From Myxococcota bacterium (GTDB lineage Bacteria; Myxococcota_A; UBA796; GCA-2862545): a DNA stretch of 44,450 nt. The DNA is taken from positions 1-44,450 of the forward strand of contig JBCCQY010000063.1 of assembly GCA_039208735.1 (NCBI GenBank), in the 5' to 3' direction. Of the stretch, positions 37,401-44,450 are shown one piece after another; the stretch's first letter is position 1, and each line of letters begins with the position of its first letter. The translations under genes and the position numbers were made by a program. The notes under the pieces are model-generated. The model ran no database searches, was not told the origin of the DNA, and worked only from the letters and a program-made list of their open reading frames with translations.

Positions 37401-39887
37401 CGCGCGTCGCCGCAGGCTTGCAAGTTCGCGATGTTGGCCTTCGAGCTGCTGGATGTAGTCGGTGATCGGAATCTCGAGCAGCGCCAACTGTGCCGCAAGC
37501 AGGCGAACCTCGTCCGAACGCTCCTCTCGAGGGGTGCGGTTGCGTTCCGCCCGCGACAAGGCCCGCGCCACGGCAAGCTTGGACGCGACCAGCTCCATGG
37601 ACTCGAGGGCCCCTTCGCTTGCCGTGGCCTGATCGGCGCGCTCCATCGCATCGATGCGACGCTGCAACGAGGCACGCCGCGCCTCGTCGGTGGTCGAAGC
37701 GAGTTCCTGCTTGAGGTCCGCAATTTCGTTGAGGATGCGGTTGTTCTCAGACTCGGCGCGACCTTGGACGGTTTGGACCTTGATCGGCACGGCCGCAACG
37801 CTGGACGCTCGGATGACCTGGGCATCTTCACCGGCCTCCGGCGTCGCCACGCAACGCACGAGGAACTCGCCTTGCTGGTCCCAGGCGACCCCGCGCTCAT
37901 TTCGAGGGGTGGTCACCGCCGTCACGTAGGAGCTGATGAGCGAGCCCCCAAGGCGAACCACGTTGCTGATGCCCACTACCCCAAGCCACGCCGACCGGGC
38001 CTGCCAGGTCGCGACGACCAGCGGAGCGGGGCCCGATGTCACGTCTTGGAGGTCGGCCTGAGTGTCCTCAACAACATTTTCCCAGCCTTGCTCGAGTTGC
38101 CGAAGCGACTCTTCAGCCGGCGTCGCCTGACGTCCGCTGCCCACCGGTCGCCCACGGACCACCCCCGACCGTTCGGCAGGCCGTACGTTCGAGACGTCGA
38201 GGAGTTCCCAGTAGAAGTTGATGGGTTGGAGACGTGCCGCGACCTGGTCGAGCAGCCGTCCCCCCGCCGGCGCGTAGTCCAGCACCATTTCAAACCGACT
38301 CGTCGCTCCGACCACGGTAATGTCTGGACCAAAGCTTCTGATCCGGGCTGGATACGCGGGTGCGTTCGCCCGTCGCTCGCCCCCCGCGACCTCGGGCTGA
38401 TCGGAACGCATGCCCCCCACAAACCCGGTCTGGTCAACATCGTTGTCAACCCGTTCGCTCTGAGACGGGTCGCGGGATCGGGCCAGGGCGTCCGCGGCTT
38501 CCTGAATCCGACGTTCGAGATTCTCGGTGGCCTCGCCGGTATTGATGGGAACCGAAACCACGCCTCCGTCGACCCAGACGTTGACGAAAAGCTGGCCGTC
38601 GGACTCACGACGCCACACCACCAGACGGTCGGGTCGGGTCTGGCCAGGCGCGGGCTCCCCGTCTCCCTCTTCCTCATCGAGCCTCGTCTCGTCGTCGTCT
38701 CCCCCGCCTCCTGCGCCTTCGCCTTCCTCGCCCTGGCCTCCCGCTCCGGCCGCCTCTTCTTGCTCTTCCTCCGTCTCCGAGTCGGCCTCTTCGGCATCTT
38801 CCTCGGATTCCTCTTCTGCCTCGCGACGCATGCGGGCCTCGATCTCCCGAACCATGCGTTCGGCCCGACGGGTCTGGCGACGCTCTGCTTCGTCGCGACC
38901 TTCCCCTTCGCCGCTGGGCGGTACGGCAAGCACCCACATCGGCGAACGTCGACCTTCGAAGAACGTTCCAAATCGCTCACGTTCGGAAGGATCCAGCCAG
39001 TTTACGACCTGGGCGGAGAGCCGTGCCTCCTCGGTGTTCTCAACCGGCCCAAATCGCTCGAAGACCAGGCCCCTGCCTTGGTCGACCAACCACCACGCGC
39101 CGCTGCTCACGCCAGCGTACCAGCCCGCCTGCCACACGGTGGCCTGATTGCGAAGATCGAATCGGCCGATGCGCCGCCCATTTCGGTCGTAGGCCGTGAG
39201 CTGGCTCCCCAAGACGAAGGTCGTCACCCCCCTTGACCAGGAGGTCCCCTGCGCCGCGGAGATCCGATTTTCCTCCACCAACAGTTCCACGAAATAGCGA
39301 GCGACCTCAGAGGCTTGCCGGCGAATCTCCCGAGTGTTGCCCTGGGGAATGGGCTGACTTAGGATTTGGGGTTCGCCCGCGGTCACCTGCGCGTCTTGGC
39401 GCTGAAGAATGCGCAAGGCCGGGCCCGCCCGTCCGGGCAAGCGACCCTGGACCGAACCGCCACGCCGCACCTCAGCCGCGATCACGTCCGCGTGCCGTTC
39501 GTACGACGCGTGCCCCATCGACCCGACGGGACCATGGCCCAGCGCCTGGAGCACCGCGTGGGTCACCTCGTGCGCCACCGTTGAAAGCGGTGCCTCACGC
39601 GACAACGCCACATCCTGACCGAGGGTGAAGGCATTCGCGTCCACCGCGGCGAGAGCGCGATCCACATGGGGCCCCCGGTGAGCCCGAATGCCCGCCAGAC
39701 GACCCGGCCCAAACGCTGCGCGCAGGCGGGCCTCAAACGGCAAGGGCTCGCCCGCGCCCGCCACCGCGACCTGGGCCAACGCAAATCCCACGGCCGGTTG
39801 CTCATCGGGAACGACCACGGGCTGAACGTCGGGAGTCGGGGAAGGCCGTGCGGTTTCGGGCGGGGACCGGTCCTTGGCCTGGGACAT
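34404..39887 (-). CDS. Polymorphic toxin: DUF4157 + helical/hydrophobic region + HINT + GIY-YIG-like nuclease
   Basis: AHEVTHAVLQ (DUF4157); CFEESTLV...TAAHPF...WNLSVEGAQTFFV...LVHN (HINT, aa 1553-1683); IVY-x11-YIG...R...E...N at the C-terminus. Confidence 0.9.
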   Translation of the reverse strand: MSQAKDRSPPETARPSPTPDVQPVVVPDEQPAVGFALAQVAVAGAGEPLPFEARLRAAFGPGRLAGIRAHRGPHVDRALAAVDANAFTLGQDVALSREAPLSTVAHEVTHAVLQALGHGPVGSMGHASYERHADVIAAEVRRGGSVQGRLPGRAGPALRILQRQDAQVTAGEPQILSQPIPQGNTREIRRQASEVARYFVELLVEENRISAAQGTSWSRGVTTFVLGSQLTAYDRNGRRIGRFDLRNQATVWQAGWYAGVSSGAWWLVDQGRGLVFERFGPVENTEEARLSAQVVNWLDPSERERFGTFFEGRRSPMWVLAVPPSGEGEGRDEAERRQTRRAERMVREIEARMRREAEEESEEDAEEADSETEEEQEEAAGAGGQGEEGEGAGGGGDDDETRLDEEEGDGEPAPGQTRPDRLVVWRRESDGQLFVNVWVDGGVVSVPINTGEATENLERRIQEAADALARSRDPSQSERVDNDVDQTGFVGGMRSDQPEVAGGERRANAPAYPARIRSFGPDITVVGATSRFEMVLDYAPAGGRLLDQVAARLQPINFYWELLDVSNVRPAERSGVVRGRPVGSGRQATPAEESLRQLEQGWENVVEDTQADLQDVTSGPAPLVVATWQARSAWLGVVGISNVVRLGGSLISSYVTAVTTPRNERGVAWDQQGEFLVRCVATPEAGEDAQVIRASSVAAVPIKVQTVQGRAESENNRILNEIADLKQELASTTDEARRASLQRRIDAMERADQATASEGALESMELVASKLAVARALSRAERNRTPREERSDEVRLLAAQLALLEIPITDYIQQLEGQHRELASLRRRALQAEGQISGPNYRPQVTLASEENGMVTQFILLLGEVAGSREGRRRYVLADVTSQRTRGYYTGSVSTRSGLAGHNEAIRNAFVDFRENAEYGRGTIAIRLPPNLIEAVGDLSIDSAMRMAPGQRARVMRRLGDLATAAALAGLLITGPVGVAIGAVGGVAGAVVAIDRLARRTRDDRFEWDFEAIMDVAAIVGGVVGLAGVGVTAASAVPRWASRVERISGLLHIYAVTDLGMQLIIIPLSLEMELRQIEEDPSLSDGQRAARRAEAVLRAVQGGLMAVGSAMQLLSAGPEPTRAPRDDADGPARVPGDESPRPRPQEEGGTTPREETAPRDGDEGARRPEGAEGRPPSEGPSARALELDALLGDASGQGRLVENPELGNGVRVRYRRGKVRLEVGPRASRRRVQQHLETLHALRRFEGPLGMVRRLGSRITEIFTRLPGYGRAGFESRFEVRKLRRMLSEIEGIRDQIQERIRNAGEQSDPLDPIELAGIEAEIAGLREQLAYHEGQIDSVDPGRGFVAADDTSGASDRARQRAREDGPARPDGESGTPRADGEDGAPRAEIDPDDPLQVHGIPEFIGEDLPEITTGNDQPQQRLVEARLRLESLEAQRQRLGEHLTELRRLHREAAVDAETIRQRSLQAISERAGPGERAANREAFAAAQERRDAIWEEIQRLRVSAPEPPPGGGRRRLSPFDTLAAQTRSTASEVARLEALLDPHSRGRLPCFEESTLVHTPDGPVPIHSIEVGSLVLAWQPGQGVVARPVSQVHQGKTRAWWRVTTAVGEVLATAAHPFRVGDRWVAAQSLEVGARLVGMNGEERPVVSHERIEALDAPTWNLSVEGAQTFFVGEGVLVHNTPLDLGFGGSQIVYRGTNPRFPGVVYIGRTVQGLETRETSGHHSEARRELRRSDLTAEQRRFFEFKSATNPDGSDGFRIEAIVVGMTTEDQAAWVEQLNMDFERDVAMNELINRREEISSQGHRDAVAERIGQDSDVRAAGYCL

Positions 39888-40058
39888 GGGCGCATGATAC
39901 CGCGGTTCGCCATCGCGGCACCTTCACGGATCGCGGTCCCGCATTCACGGGACAGTCCGATCGCCGCCTGGTCTCTCCACCCGACGACACCGACGGAGCG
40001 AGGTAGCGCGAGACCAAGCCGCAGTGGTAACTTCCGTGAACTCTGCGGGAGAGGAGAC
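39888..40058. promoter_or_regulatory. Divergent promoter region between the toxin and the baseplate operon
   Basis: Minus strand TATCAT-N6-ATG(39887) with no SD; plus strand TG-G-TAACTT (40025-40033) followed by a GAGGAG SD. Confidence 0.5.
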
Positions 40059-40682
40059 GTGAGCGCTTTTCCAGCTTCGCCGCGTGTGCTCCGAGGCGCA
40101 CTGGTCTCGGTAGGGATCGAGCAACCGGTGCCCGCGGTCGTGCCGTTTCAGTACAATCCCGCCTCCGTGACTCGCAAACTCGAAACGACGGGCGGAAGTG
40201 GTGGGCCAACCGCGAATCGCTTCGTGGGAGCCCCCGTCGAAACGATCACGCTCGACATTTCCCTCGACGCCACCGACGGCCACGAGCGTGGCGATCCCAT
40301 CACCAAAGAGATGGGCATCCTGCCTTGGCTCTCGGCGCTGGAGACCATGATCTACCCTTCGGCCGCCCGCATGCTGGTGAACGGTGTGCTGGCCGCAACC
40401 GGAACGATCGAAATCCTTCCCGCCGCCGGCAACCTGCAGCTCCTGGTCTGGAGCTGGTTTCGGGTGGTTCCCATCGCCGTCGGGTCCTTCTCGATCACCG
40501 AAGAAGCCTACGACCCCCAGCTACGGCCCATCCGAGCCAGAGTTTCACTCGGGCTTCGCGTGCTTTCCTACGACGACCTTTCGGTCACCCACCCTGGGTT
40601 CTCAGTCTTTCTCGCCCACCACCTCGCCAAAGAGGCCCTCGCCAAGGCAGGACTCGCCCAAGTGATCGGAGGTGCGCAGTGA
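40059..40682 (+). CDS. eCIS tube initiator-like protein (Afp7/CIS tube-like)
   Basis: SPRVLRGAL, FQYNP..V.R.L, ETI.L...LDATD, SFSITEEAYDP.L.PIRA.V.L.L.VL. GTG start with GAGGAG SD. Confidence 0.85.
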   Translation: MSAFPASPRVLRGALVSVGIEQPVPAVVPFQYNPASVTRKLETTGGSGGPTANRFVGAPVETITLDISLDATDGHERGDPITKEMGILPWLSALETMIYPSAARMLVNGVLAATGTIEILPAAGNLQLLVWSWFRVVPIAVGSFSITEEAYDPQLRPIRARVSLGLRVLSYDDLSVTHPGFSVFLAHHLAKEALAKAGLAQVIGGAQ

Positions 40683-40963
40683 GTGACCCGTTCAGCCGGT
40701 ACGCCAATGCAACGCCCCTCGTGATGGAAGGGCCTGACGGTACGCCCGTGCGCTACCTCGATCGGCGTGTGCTAAGAGCGCACCAAGCCCCGGTGCTCGC
40801 TCGGGTCACGGTGCAGGACGGCGACCGCCTAGACACCCTCGCCGCCCGGTGGCTTGGCAATGCCGAGGTGTGGTGGCGGATTGCGGATGCCTCCCGCACG
40901 CTGCATCCCGCGGATGTCGTCGCGGAACCAGGTTCCGTCGTCGTCGTGCCGGTCCCGGAGTAG
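40679..40963 (+). CDS. LysM/tail-X-like baseplate protein
   Basis: SRY, YLDRR, VQDGDRLDTLAARWLG..E.WWRIADA; GTGA coupling. Confidence 0.88.
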   Translation: MSDPFSRYANATPLVMEGPDGTPVRYLDRRVLRAHQAPVLARVTVQDGDRLDTLAARWLGNAEVWWRIADASRTLHPADVVAEPGSVVVVPVPE

Positions 40964-40965
40964 CC

Positions 40966-42105
40966 ATGCTCCCGTCCATGCTGCTAACGCTGCTCGCCGG
41001 ACCCGTGGTGCCGTTGCCCGCGCCCGACCTCGTCCCGTTGATCGAGCAAGTCAGTGTCAACCACTCCGACGAGGGGCGATCCGGCTTTCAATTGGTCTTC
41101 AAGCTCGTCCGGCAGGTGGGCGTGCCCGATTGGCTCCCCCTGCTCACTCAGCGGTTGAAGATCGGGACACGCATCGTGCTCATCGCCACCCTGCAGGCCG
41201 TCCCCCAAGTGTTGATGGACGGCATCGTGACCCACCATCAGCTCGCGATGGGAACCGAGCCCGACACCGCGACGTTTACCGTCACCGGCGAAGACGTTTC
41301 GGTGATGCTCGACCTCCAAGAATTGCAGATCCCAAAGGTCACCACCGACGCGATGCTCGTCACAATGTTGTTGGCTCCATACGCTGCATACGGGATGATC
41401 CCGACCGTCATTCCCCACCCGGCCGATCTACCGCCTGACCCCAATGAAGGACCCGAGAATCAACGAGGTACCGCCTACAACATCATTGTGGAAAAGGCGA
41501 ACCTCTACGACTACACCTTCTTTGTGCAACCCGGGCCTGCTCCCGGTCAAAGCATTGCCTACTTCGGGCCGCGAATCGACGTCCCGATTCCTCAGCGCGC
41601 CATCACGACGAACATGGGCGCTGCCAACAACGTGGCCAACCTGTCCTTTGCCCATGATGGGAATGCCCCAAAGCACATTTTCGACATGGTGCAGGACGAC
41701 AGCCCCTACGCCAATGCGCCCCCCTTGCCGGTGGTGGGGCTTCCCGTGCACCCCATCCCCCTTGCGGCCCTGCCGTCCGCCTTTGGAAACCTCCCTTATG
41801 TCCATGTCGAAGGCCTGGGTCTCGACGGCCCGAGCGACTACGCGAAGGCGGCCCAAAAAGCGGTTGCATTAGCCACAGACGCCTCGCGGAAGGCCGTCAC
41901 GGGCCAGGGCGAACTCGATGGGGCCCGGTACGGCTTTGTGCTGTACGCCAGGGGGCTTGTCGGCGTCCGAGGGGCCGGTTTGTCGTATGACGGGATGTAC
42001 TACGTGAAATCCGTGGCCCATTCCATCAAGCACGGCGAATACAAGCAGAGCTTCAACCTGCAACGGGAAGGCGTGCTCACCACGGTTCCGGTGGTGATCC
42101 CATGA
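40966..42105 (+). CDS. Baseplate hub protein (gp27/GpD, VgrG N-terminal-like)
   Basis: SGFQL.F, LMDGIV, TVTGEDVS..LD, G.GELDG.RYG.VL.AR..V.VRGAG..YDG.YYV..V.H.I; position before the gpV gene. Confidence 0.85.
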   Translation: MLPSMLLTLLAGPVVPLPAPDLVPLIEQVSVNHSDEGRSGFQLVFKLVRQVGVPDWLPLLTQRLKIGTRIVLIATLQAVPQVLMDGIVTHHQLAMGTEPDTATFTVTGEDVSVMLDLQELQIPKVTTDAMLVTMLLAPYAAYGMIPTVIPHPADLPPDPNEGPENQRGTAYNIIVEKANLYDYTFFVQPGPAPGQSIAYFGPRIDVPIPQRAITTNMGAANNVANLSFAHDGNAPKHIFDMVQDDSPYANAPPLPVVGLPVHPIPLAALPSAFGNLPYVHVEGLGLDGPSDYAKAAQKAVALATDASRKAVTGQGELDGARYGFVLYARGLVGVRGAGLSYDGMYYVKSVAHSIKHGEYKQSFNLQREGVLTTVPVVIP

Positions 42106-42596
42106 GGCGCTGGTACGGGAAATATCGTGGCACCGTGATCAACAATGTCGACCCGCTGCAGATCGGTCGGGTCATGGTGCAGTGCCCTGCGGTGCTTGGG
42201 GTGAACATCGCGTGGGCCATGCCGTGTGCTCCCTATGCGGGGCCGAACGTCGGACTGTTCCTCGTGCCTCCCCTTGGGGCAAACGTCTGGATCGAGTTCG
42301 AAGGAGGCGATGCGACCAAACCCATTTGTGTCGGCGGATTTTGGACGGCGGGCACCTCACCCGCACTTCCGGGCCTCCCGACCACAAAGATTCTCAAGAC
42401 CGATGGTTGCACGATCAAACTCGATGATCTGCCCGGTGCAGGTGGGGTCACCATCGAGGTGACGCCGCCGGTGGTGGGCGTGCCCGCCACGATCAAACTG
42501 ACGTCAACGGGAATCTCCATCGCAACGGGCAATGCGAGCGTCGAACTCGACGTCGCCACCGTCCGCATCAACAAGACGGCACTGGAGGTGACGTGA
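42102..42596 (+). CDS. Baseplate spike protein V (gp5 OB-fold)
   Basis: YGKYRGTV.NN.DP...GRV.V..P, WAMPC.PYAG...G...PP.GANVWIEFEGGD...PI..G.FW. Confidence 0.95.
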   Translation: MRRWYGKYRGTVINNVDPLQIGRVMVQCPAVLGVNIAWAMPCAPYAGPNVGLFLVPPLGANVWIEFEGGDATKPICVGGFWTAGTSPALPGLPTTKILKTDGCTIKLDDLPGAGGVTIEVTPPVVGVPATIKLTSTGISIATGNASVELDVATVRINKTALEVT

Positions 42597-42928
42597 TGCC
42601 CGGACCGCTCATCGACGCAACCACCCCCATAATGTGCCCTCACATGGGTAAAGCGACCACCGTAGCCAAGAATCTTCGGGTGCGGATCGGAGGCCAACCC
42701 GTCCTCCTCCAGACCGACGTGACGACGGTAGCGGGATGCCCGTTTGCTACAGGGAATGTGCCCTCGCCCTGTGTCATCGTAAAATGGGTGACGGCCTCGA
42801 CACGGGTGCGGGTGATGGGCCAGCCGGTGCTGTTGATGGACTCCCAAGGCGTGGGCCAGGCCGCGACCCAAGCCCCGCAAGGCCCCGCGACGGTCGGTCC
42901 GGCCCAGCCCCGCGTGAAGGGAATCTGA
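42596..42928 (+). CDS. PAAR-like (DUF4280-type) spike tip protein
   Basis: CPH.G, V.IGGQPV, AGCPF, PC...W, V..GQPVL, Q..V.G pattern. Start GTG 42593 or ATG 42596. Confidence 0.8.
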   Translation: MPGPLIDATTPIMCPHMGKATTVAKNLRVRIGGQPVLLQTDVTTVAGCPFATGNVPSPCVIVKWVTASTRVRVMGQPVLLMDSQGVGQAATQAPQGPATVGPAQPRVKGI

Positions 42929-43284
42929 TGCGATTTCCCTACGCCATTGACGGACGGGGGCGTACGGCCACCGCCGCGCGAGAGGAAGACGCGGTTCGTC
43001 AACTCGTGGAACTGGTGCTGTTCACGAGCCCGGGGGAGCGCGTGATGCGGCCCTCCCTCGGCACGGGCGTTCAACAGCTCGTGTTTGCCCCACTCGACGA
43101 TCAGGCGCGCGCGGCAACCCGACACCTGGTCCAAAGCGCGTTGCAGACCTGGCTTGCCGACCTCGTCGTGGTCGAAGACGTACAGGCCGAAGCTCTGGAG
43201 AGCCGGCTTGAGATCACGGTTCGCTACCGCGTTCGTTCCGACTCCCGCCTCGTCGTGGCCACATTCACGGGTGCACCAACGTGA
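42928..43284 (+). CDS. GpW/gp25 family baseplate wedge protein (Afp9-like)
   Basis: FPY.IDGRG, LFTSPGERVMRP..G.G....VF.P, L.I.V.Y. Confidence 0.95.
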   Translation: MRFPYAIDGRGRTATAAREEDAVRQLVELVLFTSPGERVMRPSLGTGVQQLVFAPLDDQARAATRHLVQSALQTWLADLVVVEDVQAEALESRLEITVRYRVRSDSRLVVATFTGAPT

Positions 43285-44450
43285 GTACGGTGTCCGCCCG
43301 CCTTCGGCGCCTCGTGGAGGCGTTTGGATTCGACGGCAACGCCCTCGATCGTCTGGTGGTCCCTGGTCGACGCGGCCCCGCACCGACCGACCTCGCCGAG
43401 CGACTCGTCCTCCTCCGCACGGTCGACACCCGCGGTCTTGCGGGTCTTGGACCGGCCAACGTCGAGATGGAAGGCGCGACGGTCGAGCAGGTTCGCCCGC
43501 TCTCCGATCACCCTGCTCTTCCTGCATTGTCGACAGAGGCCCGAGACTGGCTCGCCGAACTTGCCGCGGAACGCTCGACGCCGAGCCGCGAGCTCGACCG
43601 CTGGACCCTGGTGATCACCGCGGCGGACCTGCCCCCAGAGGTGCGAGTCGCCCTGGTGGATGGCTCGGCTCCTCGTGCGGGCTTCGACCTTCACGCCCTT
43701 GGTCCCGCCGAACCTCCCACCGTCGACGTCCGCCGCGACCATCTCAACGGCATCGACGCGTTGGTGGTGTTGGACCGCCGGCAACCGCTTTCTGATGCCC
43801 TGCGCCAACGGGTGTTGCTCGTCCGCTTCGTGCACGCCGTCGGAGTGGATCGCCTTCGTGCGGGTCAGGTGCGCATCTTAGGCGGCGTGCGAGTGGTCGA
43901 CCCAGAGGTCCTCGTCGCCTGGCCTCTTTGGGGCATCGCCGACGCCCCCCTCGATTTCGTGTCCCCGTCCGATCGCACGGTCCTCGAAGACCTGCGGACG
44001 CAGGTGGAACCTGGAGAACAAGAGCGCTGGCTCGTCGTTGTGGTGGACGAAGCGGGAGACCATTCGCCCTACACGCTTTCGGTCGTCGACGGCACCCATT
44101 CGCTTGTTGCCGCGCCCGGCTTCGATCCGGTACTCGCCTCATCGACGGTTCGGTTCAAGGTTGATTGCCCCTCGCCCTTCGACTGCCGCGAACCAGAGAC
44201 GCCCGCTTCCGTCCCGCTGCCCGAACCTCCTCGCTTCGACTATCTGGCGCGGGACTTTCATGGATTTTCGAGGCTCATGCGCGATCGGATTCGATTGCTT
44301 GGCGCATCGACCCCGCTCGATGAGCATCCGGCGAGCCTGCAGTCCACGTTGATCGAATTGGTAGCGTTTGCCGCCGACGAGCTGTCCTATCTCACGGACG
44401 CCGTCACCACCGAAGCCATGCTCACTACCGCACGCCGCCGCACCAGCGTG
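43281..44450 (+). CDS. Baseplate assembly (J-like / Afp11-like) protein, truncated at the right edge
   Basis: Not in the ORF track (no stop in the window). Manual translation from GTG 43281 is open to the end: NGID...GFDP...FKVDCPSPFDC...DYLARDF..F.RLM.DR...LIEL.A..AD.LSY..DAV.TEA.L.TARRR.SV. Confidence 0.92.
   Translation, partial: MSTVSARLRRLVEAFGFDGNALDRLVVPGRRGPAPTDLAERLVLLRTVDTRGLAGLGPANVEMEGATVEQVRPLSDHPALPALSTEARDWLAELAAERSTPSRELDRWTLVITAADLPPEVRVALVDGSAPRAGFDLHALGPAEPPTVDVRRDHLNGIDALVVLDRRQPLSDALRQRVLLVRFVHAVGVDRLRAGQVRILGGVRVVDPEVLVAWPLWGIADAPLDFVSPSDRTVLEDLRTQVEPGEQERWLVVVVDEAGDHSPYTLSVVDGTHSLVAAPGFDPVLASSTVRFKVDCPSPFDCREPETPASVPLPEPPRFDYLARDFHGFSRLMRDRIRLLGASTPLDEHPASLQSTLIELVAFAADELSYLTDAVTTEAMLTTARRRTSV

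Noticed and set aside
38660..38830. Low-complexity TC-rich DNA
   Set aside because: Simply encodes the Glu/Gly-rich linker of the toxin; not a separate repeat element.
37395..39236. 613-aa plus-strand ORF
   Set aside because: Antisense shadow inside the 1827-aa toxin gene; no recognisable domain.
23103..44450. Interpretation as a prophage or T6SS
   Set aside because: No capsid, portal, terminase or integrase, and no TssB/TssC or TssJLM genes in the window; DUF4255, the Afp15-like ATPase and DUF4157 indicate eCIS.
1..44450. CRISPR arrays, tRNA/rRNA genes, IS elements, clear intrinsic terminators
   Set aside because: None recognised by eye; small ncRNAs cannot be excluded without an Infernal/Rfam search.

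Overview
High-GC bacterial DNA; the Ser/Thr kinase and many lipoproteins suggest Myxococcota, which is inference only. The left half (1-23 kb) is ordinary or accessory content: a partial Ser/Thr kinase, an SGNH lipoprotein, a seven-gene MoxR/DUF58/SpoIIM/RDD/DUF4350/DUF4129 cluster, an esterase, a patatin, a BlaI + BlaR1-like pair, an ankyrin protein, GlxA and TetR regulators, a hydrolase and DUF1304. From 23103 to the window end is an extracellular contractile injection system (eCIS, Afp/PVC-like): two sheaths, tube, hub/chaperone, DUF4255, AAA+ ATPase, tube initiator, LysM, hub, gpV spike, PAAR-like tip, gp25 and a truncated baseplate J-like gene. The most notable part is its cargo, encoded on the opposite strand. 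One gene is an 1827-aa DUF4157 / hydrophobic hairpin / HINT / GIY-YIG polymorphic toxin followed by a probable immunity gene. The other is an 811-aa DUF4157 protein with a Cys-His-Asn papain/transglutaminase-like triad and no immunity gene. Both appear to use leaderless promoters, one of them a symmetric 44-bp bidirectional promoter. All family calls come from motif recognition by eye; no database searches were run.
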